Origin: Candidatus Peribacteria bacterium RIFCSPHIGHO2_02_FULL_49_16
GTDB lineage: Bacteria > Patescibacteriota > Gracilibacteria > Peribacterales > Peribacteraceae
Assembly (NCBI GenBank): GCA_001788955.1
Contig: MFXT01000025.1
Coordinates: 11,332-75,331, forward strand
DNA length: 64,000 nt
Direction: 5' to 3'
In this document: positions 35,629-45,580 of the stretch, in pieces
How positions within the stretch are numbered: position 1 is the first letter of the stretch
How the letters are laid out: the number at the start of each line of letters is the position of its first letter
Position numbers and translations under genes: made by a program
The notes under the pieces: generated by a model
Databases searched by the model: none
Seen by the model: the letters and a program-made list of their open reading frames with translations, nothing else
Told to the model about the DNA's origin: nothing

Positions 35629-36785
35629 TGAGCGCTGGCTTTTCCATGCATATTTTCTTTACACGTTTTCCTCTCGAAAGCCAATTCGGCGGCGCCGAGG
35701 TACAGACGTTAAGTTTGATGGAAGGATTGAAAGAAAGAGGACACCATGTTGCATTTTTAGGATCATGTCCCGTGTTGCTCGAGAAATGTTTTGCATTGAG
35801 CGTTCCTTATTTCGATTTGAACATCGGACCGCCTCCGGTCACAAAATGGCATGCGATCAGTTTTCTGTGGCGACAATTTTTGATGAGAAAAAAGTTGATC
35901 AATGCCATAAACGAACAACCCGTAACACGTAACGAGCAACGAGTTATCTTCATGCTCTCTCTTTCCGAAAAACTCCTCTTAACAACATGGGCTGCTCAAA
36001 ATAAAATACCCGTTTTCTGGATCGAACACGACAGCATCGGGCGCTGGCTTCGCTGGAATCCCTGGCTCCCCAAACTTCGGCGATTGAGCCGACTTGCAAC
36101 AACTGTCGCTGTGTCGGATATGAGCAAACGGATGTATCTCGATTTGGGATGGAATCCAGAGAATACCGTCGTCATTCCGAATGGGATTGATCTACGAAAA
36201 TTTTACAAAAGGCAGAAGATACTTCGTTCTACCACCTTTCATATCGGATGCGTTGCTCGTTTATCCCCGGAAAAAGGCGTCGACATTCTCATAAAAGCCG
36301 TCAAAAATATCCCGAACATTCACCTGACCATTGTCGGCACCGGCCGTGATGAAAACTGTATTCGGAAACTTTTGGAGCAGTCTACTCTAGAAACCCATTC
36401 CAATGACGAAGGGCAAGTCTATCACCTATCACCTACCACCTCCGTAACGATACTGCCTTCTGTTCCAGACATCGTTTCTTTTTATCATTCTCTCGATCTC
36501 TTCATCCTCCCTTCTCGCGATCACGACCCTTGCCCGCTCGCTCCCATCGAAGCGATGGCCTGCGGCATACCGACCATCATGACCGATGCCTGCGGCACCG
36601 CGCAGTACGTGGAAAACGGAAAGGAGGCGATTGTCGTTCCTGCCGGAAACACGGAAGTTTTACATGAGGCCATAAAACAAACAACACTCCGCACATATGA
36701 AGCAGCATCTGTACAAAACACATTTTCATTCGAGAGAATGATCGACCGATACGAACTACTCTTCGCTCATTCTGCTAAACTATAG
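35628..36785 (+). CDS. glycosyltransferase family 4
   Basis: FILPSRDHDPCPLAPIEAMACGIPTIMTDACGTAQYVENG. The start overlaps the upstream stop (TGATG). Confidence 0.85.
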   Translation: MSAGFSMHIFFTRFPLESQFGGAEVQTLSLMEGLKERGHHVAFLGSCPVLLEKCFALSVPYFDLNIGPPPVTKWHAISFLWRQFLMRKKLINAINEQPVTRNEQRVIFMLSLSEKLLLTTWAAQNKIPVFWIEHDSIGRWLRWNPWLPKLRRLSRLATTVAVSDMSKRMYLDLGWNPENTVVIPNGIDLRKFYKRQKILRSTTFHIGCVARLSPEKGVDILIKAVKNIPNIHLTIVGTGRDENCIRKLLEQSTLETHSNDEGQVYHLSPTTSVTILPSVPDIVSFYHSLDLFILPSRDHDPCPLAPIEAMACGIPTIMTDACGTAQYVENGKEAIVVPAGNTEVLHEAIKQTTLRTYEAASVQNTFSFERMIDRYELLFAHSAKL

Positions 36786-36788
36786 CTT

Positions 36789-38780
36789 GTGCCTGTCTTT
36801 CGCCTCATTCAGAAACATACACCGCTCATTCTTCTTATTTTCCTTGTACTCTCTCTTTTGTGGAAAGGCGGGAAAACTCTGGAAGTGACGTGGATTCTCG
36901 TGGCAATAAGCTGGCTCTGCACCGCGGCATATTGGTCGGCGCACAAAAACGAACGTGATTTCGTTTCGCCGCACATGTGGGGCTTCCTCATGTGTTTCGT
37001 CATATGGACGGTGTTCAGTCAACTATTTTCCCAAACACGAAACTACGGTCTTGACGAAGTCTTTCGCACGGGATCGTTGACGCTGATTTTCTTCTGGACC
37101 GCACGTTCATGGCGCATGGATGATACATCCTTTCGCAACAAACTCTTTCCCGTAGTCGCCTGCGTCACACTCATAAGCGCAATCATCGGCTTTGCGGTGT
37201 ATGTGTTTCAGCCGGTCAATCGTTTTGTCGGCACGTTCTTCGACGGGCGATTTCACACAGATTACTGGCCAAACGGTTACGCAGAATATCTTCTTCTTGT
37301 CTGGCCTGTCACAATCTGGTGGCTCTTGAAGCAGGCACAGAACAACCAAAAAAAGATTTTTTTCGCACTGATCTGTTCCGGGTTCCTTTTAAGCACATTG
37401 TTCTTGAGTTATTCCCGCGGAGCACTCGTTGCCTTCATCGGCCAGATTCTCCTTCTTGCATTCACTTTTTACCGGACATCACAGAATGTTCCCGCACACA
37501 TTCGCCAAAAACGCCGGCGACGCGCAATCCTTCTCGCCAGCTCGCTCGCAGTCATCAGTGGAATGCTGTTTTTCATAGTGAACGAGAGTCGCAGCGCGGT
37601 TCATCCCGTCCAGAACATTGCAGAAAAAATCACCTTCAAGGCAGCGGAAGGAACATCTTCCGCATCAGAACGCCGGCAATTCTGGCATGATGCGTTTCAA
37701 CTGACAAAAAAGCGACCGCTGTTTGGATGGGGTCCTTATAGTTTCCGTTTCGTTCACACGTCTCTGCAGAATGATGTTTTTGCGACTTCGGATCATCCAC
37801 ATAATTGGTTCCTGAAAATCGCGGCGGAGCGCGGTATTCCCGCTGCTCTGCTGCTCTACGCGTTCCTCTGGATCCTTTTCATTCCTCTCCTCAAAAAATT
37901 GATTCAAAAATCCCGAAAGGGCGCCATGATGCCTGAGTATCATCTTCCTCTCATTCTCGGGCCTCTCGGCGTACTCGCACATGTACTTATTGATTACAAT
38001 CTCCAATTTGTCGGCGTCGCTCTTCCTTTCTGGATATTCCTCGGCATTCTCGCCGCCACGCACATGCAAACAGTGCGCCATGCAACATGGGATCATCCCG
38101 TCACCCGGCAATGGGTGTGTGCGGCCGAAGTTCTGTTGGCTTCGCTCTTGCTGCTCCTCGCCATCGTCGAAGGACGTTACCTCCTTCTTTCCTCATTCGG
38201 CCGTCATGCGGAAGCGCGCAAAGACCCGATCACGGCACTTCACTGGTATGATCAGGCGCGATACGAATATTTCAGTCGTGATCTTCATCTTAGTCGCGCA
38301 TCCCTCTACCAAGAGATAGGAGAACTTGATCAGGCGGTCGATGCAGTGAATATGTATATCATGCAAAATACTCATGATGCACGCGGATGGCTTCGTAAAG
38401 GAGATATTGCCATGAAACAGCAGAATTTCGGCGACGCGCGTTTTTCCTATGAAAAAGCGTTTTCTCTCGGCAAATGGAATCATCTCGGCGCCGCGCGCGG
38501 ACTTCTCCAAGTTTTTCTCCGCGAGCATGCGAATGATGCAGAAGAGTGGACAGCAAGGATTCGCAGCCTTCTTCCTTTCTATCTTCATGCGATTGAACGC
38601 AATACACACTTCATTGCGCTCACCCCAAACGTGGAAGAATTTCTCTCCATCACTCTTCTGCTCGCACGCTTTTATCCCGATGATGCGCCGCTTTTCGAGG
38701 CTATGGGCGCAAAGACAGACCGCGAAGCACGAGAGGAGAGGGAGAGGATTGCGGCGAGGCCGAGGGGGAGATTATGGTAA
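36789..38780 (+). CDS. O-antigen ligase/polymerase-like (Wzy_C) membrane protein with a C-terminal TPR region
   Basis: About 12 TM helices. LSYSRGALVAFIGQ and SDHPHNWFLKIAAERGIP. The soluble C-terminus has TPR-like repeats. GTG start. Confidence 0.8.
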   Translation: MPVFRLIQKHTPLILLIFLVLSLLWKGGKTLEVTWILVAISWLCTAAYWSAHKNERDFVSPHMWGFLMCFVIWTVFSQLFSQTRNYGLDEVFRTGSLTLIFFWTARSWRMDDTSFRNKLFPVVACVTLISAIIGFAVYVFQPVNRFVGTFFDGRFHTDYWPNGYAEYLLLVWPVTIWWLLKQAQNNQKKIFFALICSGFLLSTLFLSYSRGALVAFIGQILLLAFTFYRTSQNVPAHIRQKRRRRAILLASSLAVISGMLFFIVNESRSAVHPVQNIAEKITFKAAEGTSSASERRQFWHDAFQLTKKRPLFGWGPYSFRFVHTSLQNDVFATSDHPHNWFLKIAAERGIPAALLLYAFLWILFIPLLKKLIQKSRKGAMMPEYHLPLILGPLGVLAHVLIDYNLQFVGVALPFWIFLGILAATHMQTVRHATWDHPVTRQWVCAAEVLLASLLLLLAIVEGRYLLLSSFGRHAEARKDPITALHWYDQARYEYFSRDLHLSRASLYQEIGELDQAVDAVNMYIMQNTHDARGWLRKGDIAMKQQNFGDARFSYEKAFSLGKWNHLGAARGLLQVFLREHANDAEEWTARIRSLLPFYLHAIERNTHFIALTPNVEEFLSITLLLARFYPDDAPLFEAMGAKTDREAREERERIAARPRGRLW

Positions 38781-40556
38781 TGTGCCATCACCATAGAGTA
38801 TGTCCTCCGTCGGATGTCGATAAAGTGGCGTCTGTAAGCGTTTCTGATCGTACACATGACCAAGGAGACCGATGGAACGACCGAGCGCAAAAAGGCCGTT
38901 TAAGTAGTTCATATCGAAAAAGCTCTCGCGAATCTCATCGGGAAGATGCGGCAGAAGAATATCAACAAGCGTGACTGCAATCGCACCGTCCACATTCAGA
39001 ATAAGATTCGGCTTTTTGCCCGTCGTCATTTTTTCCACTTCCAATGCATAATCTGTCACAGGAAGCGCATCGAAATTTTCCTTTGCGAATTTCAGCAAGG
39101 CTGTGACGCGCGTATCGGGATGATGAAGCGTCTTTACTTTGTGCCCGATGCCGGGAATGCGTTCGCCTTTTCCTTTCATCTCCTGGATAAAATCATGCGG
39201 TGATAGACCGCGATTTCGTGCATCATAGAACGCGCGTGCCGCACTATCCACCGCACCACCGAACCGCGGGCCAATCGTCAGCAGTCCCGAACACAACGCA
39301 TCAATCGGATCTTTCCCCGCACTTGCCGCCACAATCGCATTGTGCGCACCCGCGACTGCAGGACCGTGATCGGCAACCGCGCAAAGAATCATTTCAAGAT
39401 ACCGCAAAACAGGTGATGGCAATTCCGTCTTCCACCAAAGCCGGGCAAGCACCGGGATAAGCGCACCATCGGCAATATACTCGGCAATGGGGCGATCGCC
39501 GTACAGCGATTCTTCGCCAAAATCCGAACTGATCGTACACTGAAAGTGCGTGTGTGTTTGCACTGCGGGCATGTCCGGCACTATGGGTTCCGTCATTTCT
39601 CCAATACTACCCGACGATTTCAGCTTCTGGAAGATGTTTTCTATGGTTTCCGGGAGTTCTTCGAAGCACGAAGGAACATGCGCGCCAGCCTCTCGCAGAA
39701 TCGTATTTTTCGCTTCTGCAGTCTCTGCCGCACTTGCCGCCCATGCGCCGGCATGCCCGAACTGGACATCTTTGGGGAAGTATGCGGCAGAAGTTCCCGA
39801 TACCCACGCAATAAGCGGCTTCGCGATCACCCTTTTTTTTACGGCATCGGCAATTTCCTCTTCTTCCCGTCCGCCGATCTCACTAAGAATTACATGAAAT
39901 TTGATATCGGGATTTTTTTCAAAACGAATCAGATGCTCAAGCATATGCGATCCCGGATACCGATCACCGCCGATCGCAATGCCTTCCACGATGCCATCGG
40001 CATGTTCCGCGATCATCCGATACATCTCATTGCTTAATCCTCCGGATTTGCCGACGTATCCCACAGACCCTTTTCGATAGAGCTTACTTTTGAGAAAATG
40101 CTCTGTACTTCCACCGGAGTCTCCTATGCGAAACGCTCCGGCGGTGACGGCACCGACCGTTGCGGGACCAATGAGAATGGAGGTTCTTGGACAAGCGTTT
40201 ATCCATTGTCGGACATCTCGTTCTGGTATTCCTTCGGCAATCGTGGCAATGACACGATACTTTCTCTTCATTGCCTCCTGTACAACTGTGCTTGCGCTGC
40301 GCAGCGATGCGAAGTTTACAAGGACATCTGCATCGAGATGTTTTTCTTGTACATCACAAAGAGTACGGTATGCGGGAATCAGGAATTCCGTCTTTCCGTA
40401 AAACACTTTCTCCGGTGCGCCACTTTCTCGGTCCACGATTGCCGCTACGCTGGGACGACGTGCGCACACATAATCAAAATCTAGCATGCGCTGGATGGAG
40501 ACAGATTTTCTGCCATAGACAACTGCCAGTGTGTTGCTGGTAAACAAGGTATTCAT
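38772..40556 (-). CDS. aclA: ATP-citrate lyase alpha subunit (CoA-ligase and citryl-CoA-lyase domains)
   Basis: Near-collinear with the corresponding part of human ACLY: MLDFDYVC, VNFASLRSA, IGPATVG, GDRYPG, catalytic-His motif VQFGHAGA, DHGPAV, LLTIGPRFGGA, GIGHKVK, KKPNLILNVDG, LGRSIGLLGH, LYRHP. Confidence 0.9.
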   Translation of the reverse strand: MNTLFTSNTLAVVYGRKSVSIQRMLDFDYVCARRPSVAAIVDRESGAPEKVFYGKTEFLIPAYRTLCDVQEKHLDADVLVNFASLRSASTVVQEAMKRKYRVIATIAEGIPERDVRQWINACPRTSILIGPATVGAVTAGAFRIGDSGGSTEHFLKSKLYRKGSVGYVGKSGGLSNEMYRMIAEHADGIVEGIAIGGDRYPGSHMLEHLIRFEKNPDIKFHVILSEIGGREEEEIADAVKKRVIAKPLIAWVSGTSAAYFPKDVQFGHAGAWAASAAETAEAKNTILREAGAHVPSCFEELPETIENIFQKLKSSGSIGEMTEPIVPDMPAVQTHTHFQCTISSDFGEESLYGDRPIAEYIADGALIPVLARLWWKTELPSPVLRYLEMILCAVADHGPAVAGAHNAIVAASAGKDPIDALCSGLLTIGPRFGGAVDSAARAFYDARNRGLSPHDFIQEMKGKGERIPGIGHKVKTLHHPDTRVTALLKFAKENFDALPVTDYALEVEKMTTGKKPNLILNVDGAIAVTLVDILLPHLPDEIRESFFDMNYLNGLFALGRSIGLLGHVYDQKRLQTPLYRHPTEDILYGDGTLP

Positions 40557-41734
40557 ACAATATGCATGATTTGTATGCCTAATTCTTTCACTGCCTTCCC
40601 CATAACTTCCGTCATCCCCACCTCTGCCCCATGCGTTTCACACACAATGCCCATTCGGTCACATGCTTCTTGCAGAAGTTTCAATCCTTCCCGATCATTC
40701 GGACCCGCACGACGAACATAGATCTTCGTATCCTTCAATTTTTCCTGATAGTTCTCCAATGCGCGAATGACACCGGTGAAGGTTTTTTTAATATCAGTGA
40801 AGTTCGCGATACCACCGCCAATGATAAGGACTTTGGCACTGTCGCTCTGCGTCATCACCTCCAAAATATTCTTCGTATATTCCTCCATCTCATCCGTACT
40901 TGGATTTCCCGACCACTCCCCGTAATTTGCCAACTCCTCCGCAGGCGCACTATTCATAATCGCATCCGCGTAGATGATCGACGCTCCTCCTCCCGCAACC
41001 ATCGTCCAGATGCGACCACGTGGATTCAGTAACACAAATTTTAAAGAGCTCCCCGTCCGTGCATCCAATTCGCGAATGACTTTTTCCTGTACCGAGATTT
41101 CCGTACCAAACCCTTCGGGGATATCCCATGCCCCCCATGTATTTTTTTGTCGGAATGCCGCAGCCATATCCACGCGACATACGGCGTCGAGGAGATAGAT
41201 TTTTCCCTGCTCATAGACGAGTGGATTGATCTCGAGATACCCAAGATCGCATGTACGAAATATGGTGAATAGCCCCCGCACCGTATCACGTAATTCTTTC
41301 GGGATGGATGCAAGATCCGGCTCTTTATCCAATGACACTGCAATCTGCAGAACGGATTCGCCTTGCTCCTCTATTTCCATTCCTCCTTTTGCGGAAAATA
41401 ACACGACATCGCACGTTCGCTCACACGTGAATGCAAGGTAATATTCCTTTTCATGCGCAATGAAGGGTTCGATGAGAAAGTGGTTCAGCTTTCCCTTCTT
41501 TCCATGAATTTCCACTTCTCTTCCGCGCCACTCTTCAATCTGATTTTTCGCCTTTTCTCTGCTCTCAACCACACTCACAAATCCCAGTTTTCCACGCTTG
41601 CCGAAAAGTTCATCGACTTTGACAACACATTTCCCCAACACATCACCCTCAAAAAACTCCGGCTTCCCCACACCTCTCCACTGCTCGTGGATCAATCTTT
41701 TCGCCTGCGCTTCGCGGATAGGTTTTTGGGCCAT
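40553..41734 (-). CDS. aclB: ATP-citrate lyase beta subunit (ATP-grasp)
   Basis: Matches the ACLY N-terminal region: FGKRGKLGFV, FLIEPF, YLEINPL, LKFVLLNPRGRIWTMVAGGGASIIYAD, ELANYGEWSGNPS, IIGGGIANFTD. The stop overlaps the aclA ATG (ATGA). Met9 was chosen on promoter geometry. Confidence 0.9.
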   Translation of the reverse strand: MAQKPIREAQAKRLIHEQWRGVGKPEFFEGDVLGKCVVKVDELFGKRGKLGFVSVVESREKAKNQIEEWRGREVEIHGKKGKLNHFLIEPFIAHEKEYYLAFTCERTCDVVLFSAKGGMEIEEQGESVLQIAVSLDKEPDLASIPKELRDTVRGLFTIFRTCDLGYLEINPLVYEQGKIYLLDAVCRVDMAAAFRQKNTWGAWDIPEGFGTEISVQEKVIRELDARTGSSLKFVLLNPRGRIWTMVAGGGASIIYADAIMNSAPAEELANYGEWSGNPSTDEMEEYTKNILEVMTQSDSAKVLIIGGGIANFTDIKKTFTGVIRALENYQEKLKDTKIYVRRAGPNDREGLKLLQEACDRMGIVCETHGAEVGMTEVMGKAVKELGIQIMHIV

Positions 41735-41744
41735 TCTCTGCCAA

Positions 41745-41753
41745 ATAATACCA
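41745..41753 (-). promoter_or_regulatory. extended -10 TGgTATTAT, 10 nt upstream of the aclB ATG at 41734
   Basis: Minus strand reads GGATGGTATTATTTGGCAGAGAATG. Confidence 0.45.
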
Positions 41754-41829
41754 TCCACCTCTCGCCATCGCCATCCCCATCCACAGAATACACGACTTCA
41801 AAATTGAAAATTGAGGATGGAGCATTCAG

Positions 41830-41835
41830 TATAGT
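41830..41835 (+). promoter_or_regulatory. -10 box TATAGT 6 nt upstream of the amidase ATG
   Basis: Sequence is TATAGTacccccATG. Confidence 0.45.
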
Positions 41836-41841
41836 ACCCCC

Positions 41842-43704
41842 ATGTATCTGTTTCTCTTTTTTCTCCTCTTTTCATCAACAGAAGCGGAAGCCGCTTCTCT
41901 CCCTCCACATATCCTTTCACGTGCACAGTGGGGAGCGGATGAAGAACTCCTCTTCTCGCGAAAACGTGAAACCTATGAACAGGATCGCATTGAATCGGAT
42001 GAAGATCGCCCGGCGGAGGACATCGCGCCTTCCAATCGAATAACCGACTGCCGGCGTTGGCAAGAGGAACATCCTGAAGAATTCGTTGTTGCACAAACAA
42101 CGAGACGTGACGAAGCGGACAGGCTTTACCGCTGGCCATTACAGTACGCATCTGATGTACGGATGATCGTCATTCATCACACTGCCCTGAAAATCGGCGA
42201 TGACGAACGTTCGCCTAAAGAGCGCGTACAAGCGCTCTACGAATATCATGCCGATGGAAAAGGCTGGGGTGATATCGGTTATCACTACATCGTCGATGAA
42301 GAAGGAAACATCTACGAAGGACGACACGGAGGAGATCGTGTCGTCGGCGGTCATGCATACTGCTGGAATACCGGCACCGTCGGTATCGCTCTTCTGGGAA
42401 ATTTTGAAATTGAGAAACCGACGCAGGCGCAAATCAAAAGCCTTCAATGGCTTCTCGATCACCTTGTGAAGAAGTATGACATTCATGTAAATCGCAGCGT
42501 GCGTTTTCATGGGAAAGACCTGCCTCCGATTGTCGGCCACGATGATCTCATGGCCACTGCATGCCCCGGCCACTACATGGATGCCGTTCTGTCACAAGTA
42601 CGCAAAAACGTGTGGACAGGACACCTGACTGCTTCCGTGACGTTCCCCGGAAACATCGCAAAAAAAAGGCGCACTTCAGAACGCGCACGTGCGCGTCTTA
42701 TGGCATCTCCCATTATTGATCGGCGTGTCCTCGTAGAGCAATCACGTCGCAGGCAAACATTTTTTTCTCCGCTCATTCCACAAGTTTCTCGTGCACAGGA
42801 TTCATCAAACGAACAAACTGCCATTATGCACACTCCTCACATACGCGAAACCCGTGAACCAGAGCAAAGCACGGTTCAGGGCATCGCCCGTGAACCAGAG
42901 CAGACGTCTATTCGAATCCACCTTACGACAAAACACAACCCTCTCACTATTCTTTTACCCATAACCACACGCATCAATGAAGAGTCTCCCTTGGGAGGTA
43001 TGCTCACGTTTACGCAATCGGGAAACGCCTGCAAAGCGCAAATCCGTCATAAGACGATTCGCGATGCCGTCATCCGCATTGATCCGGGAAACGGCATTCT
43101 CACGCTTCAGAACGGAGAGGGAACGCGACGATACCGCGGTATTCTCGAGTGTCGCATTATGAACGGGGAAATCACACTCATTAATGAGCTTCCCATCGAG
43201 CAATATCTTTGGGGGCTTGCAGAAGAGCCGGACAGCGAGCCATTTGAAAAGCAACGTGCCTTCTCCATCGCCGCAAGAACATATGCTGTTCATTATCTGC
43301 AGAAACAATTTCGGAAATTCCCGGGAAAACCTTACGACGGATCAGATGATCCCGCCATATTCCAGTCTTATGGCGGCGCCGACTTTGAGGCACGTAATCC
43401 ACAGTGGGTCCGCGCCGTGCAATCGACTCAACATCACATTCTGATAAAAAATGACGTCCCCATCCGGGCGGCATACTCTTCGTCAAACGACGGCCGTACA
43501 CGCTCACCGAAGGAAGTCGGTTGGATCACGTTCCCCTTCGCAGAAATTTTCGCAAGCAAACCGGATCCGTGGTGTACGGGCCAAGATAATCGCGGACATG
43601 GCGTCGGCATGTCCGGCTGCGGGGCGGAAGGGCAAGCCAACGAAGGGAAAAAGGCGGAAGAAATTTTGGAATATTATTATCCGGGAACACTCCTTGGAAA
43701 ATGA
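41842..43704 (+). CDS. fusion of an N-acetylmuramoyl-L-alanine amidase (Amidase_2/PGRP) with a SpoIID/LytB domain
   Basis: Signal peptide. Amidase part: AQWGADE, IVIHHTA, WGDIGYHYIVDEEGNIYEGR, GGHAYCWN. SpoIID part: EQYLWGLAEEP, FSIAARTYAV, AAYSSSNDGRTRS, GHGVGMSGCGAEGQA, ILEYYYPGT. Confidence 0.85.
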   Translation: MYLFLFFLLFSSTEAEAASLPPHILSRAQWGADEELLFSRKRETYEQDRIESDEDRPAEDIAPSNRITDCRRWQEEHPEEFVVAQTTRRDEADRLYRWPLQYASDVRMIVIHHTALKIGDDERSPKERVQALYEYHADGKGWGDIGYHYIVDEEGNIYEGRHGGDRVVGGHAYCWNTGTVGIALLGNFEIEKPTQAQIKSLQWLLDHLVKKYDIHVNRSVRFHGKDLPPIVGHDDLMATACPGHYMDAVLSQVRKNVWTGHLTASVTFPGNIAKKRRTSERARARLMASPIIDRRVLVEQSRRRQTFFSPLIPQVSRAQDSSNEQTAIMHTPHIRETREPEQSTVQGIAREPEQTSIRIHLTTKHNPLTILLPITTRINEESPLGGMLTFTQSGNACKAQIRHKTIRDAVIRIDPGNGILTLQNGEGTRRYRGILECRIMNGEITLINELPIEQYLWGLAEEPDSEPFEKQRAFSIAARTYAVHYLQKQFRKFPGKPYDGSDDPAIFQSYGGADFEARNPQWVRAVQSTQHHILIKNDVPIRAAYSSSNDGRTRSPKEVGWITFPFAEIFASKPDPWCTGQDNRGHGVGMSGCGAEGQANEGKKAEEILEYYYPGTLLGK

Positions 43705-43742
43705 AAAATCACGGATACTCATGACAGGGCGTCATTCTTGCG

Positions 43743-44114
43743 CTACTCAATGGACGCCTGTTCTTTCCGTGGATTTTTCAGATGTTCCACAACCCTGAAT
43801 CCCGGCACGCGATTTATTTGTTCAAGCACGCCTGTACCCTCCGGCGTTTCTGAAAGAGCCACTAGTCCTTCTGCAAGCGGTTCCCGCAATCTCCCAAGAA
43901 ATGTACGTGCATCCCGTTCATATCTGTCCTGTTTTTCAAAAAGTCCCACGAAGAGCCGATTGCCTGCTTCTTCATGAAATTCACTTACCAAATTTCGCAC
44001 GCGCAGAAAACTTTCCATCTTCCCCCGATCCATACCGGGACGTCGCACAAGGTCTATGAGTTCCTGCATATCCTGCGCGAAAATCTTTTCTGATGACTGC
44101 GTATTCATATGCAT
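43743..44114 (-). CDS. hypothetical protein (123 aa)
   Basis: No recognisable motifs. It has its own consensus promoter. Confidence 0.5.
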   Translation of the reverse strand: MHMNTQSSEKIFAQDMQELIDLVRRPGMDRGKMESFLRVRNLVSEFHEEAGNRLFVGLFEKQDRYERDARTFLGRLREPLAEGLVALSETPEGTGVLEQINRVPGFRVVEHLKNPRKEQASIE

Positions 44115-44117
44115 TCA

Positions 44118-44145
44118 ATAATACGAATTATGAAAAGAGTGTCAA
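44118..44145 (-). promoter_or_regulatory. promoter TTGACA-N16-TATTAT, 3 nt before ATGCATATG
   Basis: Minus strand reads TTGACActcttttcataattcgTATTATtgaATGCATATG. Confidence 0.6.
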
Positions 44146-44146
44146 T

Positions 44147-45334
44147 CTACGCAACACCTGTCATCACGCCCTCGGACTTCGATATGATCTTTTTAAGCTC
44201 TTCCATTCGTGGCGTCTCTTCCCACTGTACATCCAGATCTTCGCGGCCCATGTGTCCGTAGGCGGCAAGACCACGGTACTGTGGACGAAGCAAGTCAAGA
44301 TCACGAATAATCGACGCCGGACGCAGATCAAATATCTCTCGCACCGCGCGTTCCAGATGATCATCTGATACCACACCGGTGCCAAATGTATCTATATAGA
44401 CGGAAACCGGTTCTACGACACCGATCGCATACGCAATCTGTACTTCAGCTTTTCGGGCAAGCCCGGCCTTCACGATGTGTTTTGCCACCCATCGCGCCGC
44501 ATACGCTGCAGAGCGATCGACTTTGCTGGGATCTTTTCCCGAAAATGCCCCGCCACCATGACGGCTGTATCCGCCATAGGTGTCCACAATGATTTTGCGA
44601 CCCGTAAGGCCACAATCTCCCGGAGGTCCTCCGATCACAAACCGGCCAGTGGGATTGATGTGATACACAGTTTTCTCATCAAGATAGTCGCCGCATACCG
44701 GCTTGATCACATGCTCCTGTACATCTTCACGAATCTGTTCAAGAAAAACGTCTTCTTCATGCTGCGTCGAGAGAACAACTGCAGCAACACGTTCCGGTTT
44801 ACCGGAATCGTCATATTGCACACTCACCTGACTCTTTCCATCGGGACGCAGATAGGAAAACGAGCCCGTCTTTCGCATTTCGGTCAGACGTTGCGTGAGT
44901 TTGTGTGCAAGAGAAATGGGAAGTGGCATCAATTCCGGTGTCTCATCGCAGGCAAATCCAAACATGAGCCCTTGATCACCCGCGCCCTGTTGCTCTGAAA
45001 GATTCGTAATGGCATCCACACCAAGAGCAATATCCGGACTCTGTTCACCGATGCACACCATAACGGCGCACGCTTTATGATCGAAACCGAATTTTGCATC
45101 ATCGTAACCGATTTCTTTAATCGTTTGTCGTGCGATACCGGCAATGTCGATATATCCGCTCGTACGCATTTCGCCGGCAACAACCACGAGACCCGTTGTC
45201 ACGAGACACTCGCAGGCAATATGCGCATACGGATCCTGTTTGAGCGCATCGTCGAGAATCGCATCAGAAATCTGATCGCACATTTTATCAGGATGACCTT
45301 CGGTTACCGATTCGGATGTAAAGACGTAAGACAT
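44147..45334 (-). CDS. metK: S-adenosylmethionine synthetase
   Basis: [54 protein letters not shown]. Met32 was chosen because the upstream part of the ORF covers the riboswitch. Confidence 0.95.
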   Translation of the reverse strand: MSYVFTSESVTEGHPDKMCDQISDAILDDALKQDPYAHIACECLVTTGLVVVAGEMRTSGYIDIAGIARQTIKEIGYDDAKFGFDHKACAVMVCIGEQSPDIALGVDAITNLSEQQGAGDQGLMFGFACDETPELMPLPISLAHKLTQRLTEMRKTGSFSYLRPDGKSQVSVQYDDSGKPERVAAVVLSTQHEEDVFLEQIREDVQEHVIKPVCGDYLDEKTVYHINPTGRFVIGGPPGDCGLTGRKIIVDTYGGYSRHGGGAFSGKDPSKVDRSAAYAARWVAKHIVKAGLARKAEVQIAYAIGVVEPVSVYIDTFGTGVVSDDHLERAVREIFDLRPASIIRDLDLLRPQYRGLAAYGHMGREDLDVQWEETPRMEELKKIISKSEGVMTGVA

Positions 45335-45392
45335 GGAATGAAGAGGAAGGAAATAGAGTGCGTCCTTCCGCTTCGAGAAGACACGGTGTCCA

Positions 45393-45497
45393 CCTATCTT
45401 TCTCGTAGCGAGCTGGAGTTCCCACATACTTCTCTACGGAAGAGCTGGGGGGTATCTCGGACGGGCCAGTTCCCGATTCGATACCTCTCTTGATAGG
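45393..45497 (-). promoter_or_regulatory. SAM-I riboswitch aptamer in the metK leader
   Basis: Minus strand: CCTATCAAGAGAGGTATCGAATCGGGAACTGGCCCGTCCGAGATACC...GTGGGAACTCCAGCTCGCTACGAGAAAGATAGG. P1 pairs CCTATC with GATAGG. The AAGAGAGG, GGGAACUGGCCC and AACUCCAGC cores match the SAM-I consensus. Promoter TTGCAC-N17-TACTCT lies at 45506-45534. Confidence 0.75.
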
Positions 45498-45580
45498 ACA
45501 AGCGCAGAGTACACATGCGTATGAGATAGTGCAACTCCTCCGTAACCCGCTGCTCGCGCTTCATAGAGAAACCACCTACA

